Shown: in pieces, positions 50,362 to 55,450 of the stretch | Numbering within the stretch: the first letter of the stretch is position 1 | How the letters are laid out: every line of letters begins with the position of its first letter | DNA from: Octopus sinensis | Taxonomy: Eukaryota | Direction of reading: 5' to 3' | NCBI RefSeq assembly: GCF_006345805.1 | Contig: NW_021833736.1 | Span: 1 to 55,450, forward strand | Length of the DNA stretch: 55,450 bases | Translations under genes and position numbers: made by a program | The notes under the pieces: model-generated | Database searches by the model: none | What the model was told of the DNA's origin: nothing | The model's input: only the letters and a program-made list of their open reading frames with translations

Positions 50362-50435
50362 TTACTACTACTACTACTACTACCACCACCACCACTACTA
50401 CTACTACTGTTACCGCCATCACCACTTCTACTACT
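50205..50435. repeat. (ACT)n/(ACC)n triplet microsatellite
   Basis: Seen directly. Confidence 0.95.
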
Positions 50436-50795
50436 TCCATCCAAATAAGTAACATCGATTTTCACACCTCGCTAATGACAATAGGAGAACCAGCAATCAA
50501 TAAATGATAAGCTGATCGAACTTGAAATGATGGAAACGTCTCGGTGTGTCAACAGAGAACACAGCACGAGGTTTCGAATAAGTCACTCTTCCATCTCTGT
50601 CTTACTCATTCCTCTCTCTCGCTCTCTCTTTCTCTCTTTCTCTCCGTCTCTCTTTCACTCTCTCTGTTTCTCTATCTCTCGCTCTTTGTCCCTTACTCTC
50701 TCTCTCTCTCTCTCTCTCATTCTCTCGTCTTCAGTAATTAGCCAACAGGTTGAATATGGAAATAGTTAAGAAAAGAAATTCTAAAATATAACGAA

Positions 50796-51190
50796 CTAGC
50801 AGTATAGCCCAGCGTTGCTCGGGCTTGTTTTCTTTTCGACCCTTTAGAATTGGAATTTTTGAAAAGTAAAAATTTAGCATTATGTAACTTGTTATTCTCT
50901 TTAAGTGAACATTCTTCTGGTTGAAATACACCGAAAAATGGCGACACAGCAGTCAAAAAATCATAAAAAATAGGGATTTTCATAGAAAAAAAACCCCACC
51001 TTTTTGATGTAAATAATTTTTGGTGTTAACATGGTCCAATTTGAATTTTTCTTCTACGGAAGGAAGAGCAAGCCTTCTTCTATCATACTCTCAATTTTGG
51101 TCAATTTGCGCCGCAGGGTCTCGGAGGAGATAGTGTTTGTTGAAGGCTACCAAACCTGCCATACACAGACAACTTCAGCTTTATATATAT
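50796..51190 (-). mobile_element. Non-autonomous Helitron (another subfamily), in tandem with the next element
   Basis: 3' hairpin CCCGAGCAACGCTGGG plus CTAG; 5' TATATAAAAG region. Confidence 0.8.
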
Positions 51191-51191
51191 A

Positions 51192-52038
51192 CTAGCAGAA
51201 TTGCCCGGCGTTGCTCGGGGCTGAATTGCTTGAAAGTACTGTTAATGATTGCACTGAATTATGATGATTATTCAGGCAAATATTGATATAAATTTACGGT
51301 AGGAGATAAGGACTTAACGATCAAATGTGTGCCATTGCATTGTTTTGGGGGAACCAAATTTCTGATGAGCATTATAGGGGCACCAACTTTAAGTTTGAGA
51401 AAGTGTGGTGGTATTCCGGGGTGCTCAAAGGAATTGAGTACCTCTATTGGATAGTTGATGACGTCCTCTGGGTCAGGAGTTGTATCGATAGACTGATATA
51501 CATAGACTTCCCCAAGAATGAGTTTTAGCATTTCATCATTAATATGGTGAACAGTTTTATTCCTCGGGCCCAGTATAGCCTTTTTGCCAATCCAATCCAT
51601 ATTCTGATAATTAGCTTGTAGATCTGGGAACACTGCATCTCTGAGATCAGAAGGCGTCTTAACAATGGTACAAATGGAATCGATGGCAATATTACCATTT
51701 TCATCCCCTGGTATTTTGCCTTTGCCAAGTGCAAGGAGGATGTGAGGAAATGCTGCTGATGTGAAATTACGTCGCATATGAGCACGCATATTGGTGTGAA
51801 GTTTGAGAGTTACTTCCCTTTATTTAAAAAAATATGCATTAAAATGGAAAAAAATGATGGTAAATGATTTGTAAAATCATCGACTCATCGTAGACGCGCG
51901 CTAATACCCAGAAGGGCTCGATATGAATCACGACTATAAGATACCCGGTTTTGGTTAAACTGCATCGCAAAATGTGGGAGTAGTTAGGAATCTAAATCGG
52001 AGTAGACAGACACACAACCTTTCTTTTATATATAAATA
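51192..52038 (-). mobile_element. Helitron deletion derivative carrying a RepHel helicase fragment
   Basis: 5' ~230 bp match the short family; 3' hairpin-CTAG; internal coding remnant. Confidence 0.9.
51268..51789 (-). pseudogene. PIF1-like (Helitron RepHel) helicase fragment
   Basis: AILGPRNKTVHHIN...SID...YPIEVLNSFEHPGIPPHFLKLKVGAPIMLIRNLVPPKQCNGT. Confidence 0.95.
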
Positions 52039-52548
52039 TTTCGTCCTAAAAAACTTTGTATGGATTGAATGGTTACCTCTATGGAAATATATACACGCAC
52101 ATTATACATACATGTGTGTATAGATGAATATATAAATACATTTAAATAATATATACACTTTTGGGCGATCTTTCTGTTTCTTAGAGATAACTTTAGATCT
52201 TATTTTCGTCCAAAAAAACTTTATATGGAGTGAATGGTTACCTCTATGGAAATATATACACACACGTTATACATACATGTGTGCATAGATGAATATATAA
52301 ATACATTTATATATCTATATACACTTTTGGGCGATCTTTGTGCTACTTAGAGATAACTTTAGATCTTATTTTCGTCCTAAAATACTTTGTGCGGAGTGAA
52401 TGGTTACGTCTATAGAAATATATACACACACATTATACATACATCTGTGTATAGATGAATATATAAATACATTTAAATATCTATATACACTTTTGGTCGA
52501 TCTTTCTGCTACTTGGATATAGGTCTTATATTCGTCGTAAAAAACTTT
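52038..52548. repeat. ~165-bp tandem repeat, ~3.1 copies
   Basis: ATTTTCGTCC.AAAA.ACTTT...GAATGGTTAC at ~52038, 52202, 52368, partial at 52530. Confidence 0.95.
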
Positions 52549-52814
52549 CCTGTCACACACTCACGCACACGCACACACACACACACACAGAGACGCACCC
52601 TCACACACACACACACACACGCGCACACACACACACACACTCACACACACGCACGTTAGCTTACAATTTTATTTATATATTTGCGTGTCTATGTGTGTAA
52701 AGAGGAAGTGGGAGGCAGAGTGAAAGAATCACTCACTACAGAAAGTGAATTACTTTCCTGTCAACACACAGTGAATTAGTTTCAGTTTATTCGTTGTACA
52801 CTGTGTGTGTGCGT

Positions 52815-53046
52815 TTGCGTGTGCTGTAACCCAAACTAAGAAAAGCATTTGACATATACACCAGAATGTGAGTTTTCTCTAAATTTTGCTTAATTGGGGT
52901 TGAAATTTTAAAAACCGGACCTGGCAAAACCCGATGCATTCTACTCTTAAAAATGCTAGGTAAATTGTAATTGAAGAAATCCTATATTGTAGATTTCTAT
53001 AACTGACAAAGGGAGGCAGATAAAATCTGCCTTTTATAATAAGAGA
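52815..53046 (-). mobile_element. Possible Helitron 5' fragment
   Basis: A|TCTCTTATTATAAAAGGCAG resembles the other Helitron 5' ends; no clean CTAG end. Confidence 0.4.
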
Positions 53047-53722
53047 TATAGAATATAGATTAAAATTCAGTTGCTGTAATTATATTTCATCTGGTTCTTA
53101 TTAAAAAGCTTGATAGACATAATTATGAGATAAGGAAATGACAATATTCGCCTGTAATTAATATTGTTTAAATTATTACAGAAAGTACGGTAGGCAATTC
53201 TGGATATGTTTCGAATATCCCCTCTTCCTCTCTCTTCCTTCACACACAGACACACACAGTCAGACACATGCGTATGTGTACATATATGTGTGACATTGTA
53301 TGTGTGTGTGTGTGTGGTGTGTGTGGTGTGTGTGTGTGTGGTATGTATGTATAAGTAAAACTTGTGAGGAAAGTCAAGGCAGGAGAAGAACATTTGATTT
53401 CATTTAATTCAATCTAAAAAAATTTTGCGAACGGTAAAATTAGTACAAACTGGTAAAGATGTTTCTGGGATATCCCAAATTTTGGAGCATCGTATCTTGC
53501 GAAGACTTTTTAAGTTGGGTACTTCGCCATCGGAGAAATATAGGTTAGACAGTGGAAGAATATTCCTCATCAATGATATTTGTTGTGGTTCATTATGTCC
53601 AGGGGGGTTGGAGGGTCCAATTAAATCCAGTTGGATCGAGTGTTCTTTAGGTAAATCCATGATCAGAAGGAGTGGTTAAGTGGTACAGCTAGGTGAGAAG
53701 AGGGAAAGAATTGGTATGCAGT

Positions 53723-54528
53723 AAGTTAAGTTAAGTTAAGTTAATTTTTTGGCTCAAAAAGCAAAAGCAAGGCCATGTAGGGGGAGTTATGTACAGGGAG
53801 GGTGTTCATGCAAAGAGTTCAGGCCATTTCTGGTCAAGAGAGTCTTTGAACAAAGCGGTCGTCGGCATCTTCACTATCTCGTCCGGCAGCTTATTCCACG
53901 GATCCGCAACCCGGACGGAGAAAGCCCCTCTCCTTCGATTGAGATGAAATCGTCGCAGATAGAGCTTTTCGGAGTGACCCCGCAGCCCACACTCTGGAGC
54001 AGGAGTGAAGAACAGCTCTTTCGAGAGGTTACACTTTCCGCTTATGATGTTGTGAGCGAGAATGAGATCACCACGGCGTCGTCGTTTTTCTAGAGAATAA
54101 AGGTCGAGCGTCTTCAGCCTTTCCTCATAAGACAAATGCTTAAGACCAAGAACTATGCGGGTAGCCAGCTTCTGGACTCTTTCGAGATGATGTATGTCTT
54201 TGAGGAGATAAGGAGAAGAGGCTGAATCCCGTACTCCAATATGGGTCTCACCCAGCGTGACATAGAGCGGTAGGAATATGGATGCTGTGAGCATTCCGAA
54301 TGACCGTCGAATCAAAAACAGAACTCCGCGTGTTTTGTTGGCAGCATGGACGCATTGGGCTGAAAGCGAAAAGGAAGAATCCACCAAGATACTCAGGTCC
54401 TTTACCTGGTCGATCCTCTCCAACAGCAGATGACCCGGCTCGAAATCAAGTTGAGATGCAGGAGAGGAGCCAACAGGCAGATGACAGCACTTTGGCACGT
54501 TCAGACACAGGTCCCATTCGTATTCCAT
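53723..54528 (-). pseudogene. 5'-truncated CR1-clade LINE, ORF2 C-terminus with 3' UTR and (TTAAC)n tail
   Basis: LNVPKC...VKDL.ILVD...LERVQKLATR...LSYEERLKTLDLYSLEKRRRRGDLI...RGHSEKL...FSVRVADPWNKLP. Confidence 0.95.
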
Positions 54529-54827
54529 ATTAAGGGAAAAGGAAAATGAATGCCAGCAGATCCAGCGTTGTGCATGGAATAAAGATATCTTTTGGTGGGA
54601 GCAAAGATAAATATGTAAGAGATATGTATTCGATATTCAAGGGAGGAATGAATGCTAGCAGTTCCAAAGTTGCGTGAATAATGAGAGGAGAAATAAATAA
54701 TATATTCTGGTGTGAGAGAAATAAAAGAAGATAGGTGGGTAAGAGCATTGTATTGGATATATAGTGCTGAGTATATCAGAGGGTATTCAGTCCGGAGAGA
54801 AGCTGAGGAATAAATAATGCATTCTGG

Positions 54828-55240
54828 GGATCTTTTCGGTTCGAACGGCAGTTTTTTCTAGCGGTGTCATATGAAATTGTCACCCATAATTATGACCCTA
54901 GTATCGATCTATTGCATTTCAACCTGTTTTAGGGTTAGGAGTGGGGGGAAGGGTATCTTTTTTCTTCAGAAATGTAAATAAACCCAATCTGTTTCTTAAA
55001 CGAGGGACATATTCATACGGCACAGAATGTTTTCACCTTTATTAGACGTCATTGATTGGTTGAAATTGCAGAAATTGAAGAAAAAAAAACAACAAATATC
55101 TTTTCAAACTATAGAATTTTCTCAATAAAGCCAAGAGAAAAAGATGTTTTATAAACACATTCTACCAGTATACAAAGTTTAAAAGTGTTTAGTTACGTGG
55201 AAATTTATGTTAAAAACTGCCGTTCAAACCGAAAGGATCC
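54828..55240 (+). mobile_element. MITE (8-bp-TSD family)
   Basis: Full TIRs; TSD CATTCTGG. Confidence 0.95.
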
Positions 55241-55450
55241 CATTCTGGTATAAGAAAGATAGGTAGATGACTAGATACAGGTATAGTAGTAGAGATATAC
55301 TAAGCAACATACTGAGGTGTGTTATAGTTTAGGGAAATTAGGAGAGAATGGGTTATTAAATTGGCATTCCCGTCCAAAGAAGTTGGGTGGAGTGGCAAAT
55401 GTAAAGACCAACGGATAAGGGAGCGAATAAGCGACAGATGCCAGACTACA

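Noticed and set aside
51268-51789. Host PIF1 helicase gene
   Set aside because: Intronless partial domain bracketed by Helitron termini.
54530-55450. Continuation of the CR1 ORF upstream of 54528
   Set aside because: No RT motifs such as FADD; the sequence is a locally repetitive unrelated flank, so the LINE is 5'-truncated.

Overview
Repeat-saturated, AT-rich eukaryotic intronic or intergenic DNA. From recall of its SINE families and microsatellite style it is most likely from an Octopus genome. I can support no complete host protein-coding gene, tRNA, rRNA or CRISPR array; almost all long ORFs in the track are translations of microsatellites or SINEs. Supportable content: four tRNA-derived SINE families (labelled A-D here); decayed LINE pieces (CR1, CR1/L2-group, RTE, and R4/Dong-like with a restriction-like endonuclease); a Penelope-like GIY-YIG fragment; a deleted mariner; a ~415-bp MITE family with 28-bp TIRs and 8-bp TSDs; and non-autonomous Helitrons, one carrying a PIF1/RepHel helicase fragment. 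The most notable signal is a set of sequence-diverse, type I hammerhead-ribozyme-like motifs with very short, mostly palindromic helix III. Three have intact catalytic cores (44421, 46690, 48480) and three have core variants (4343, 23050, 44798). Four cluster in 44.4-48.6 kb, and several lie in short microsatellite-embedded, inverted-repeat elements resembling Penelope-like termini. Everything was read by eye; repeat boundaries without TSDs are approximate.
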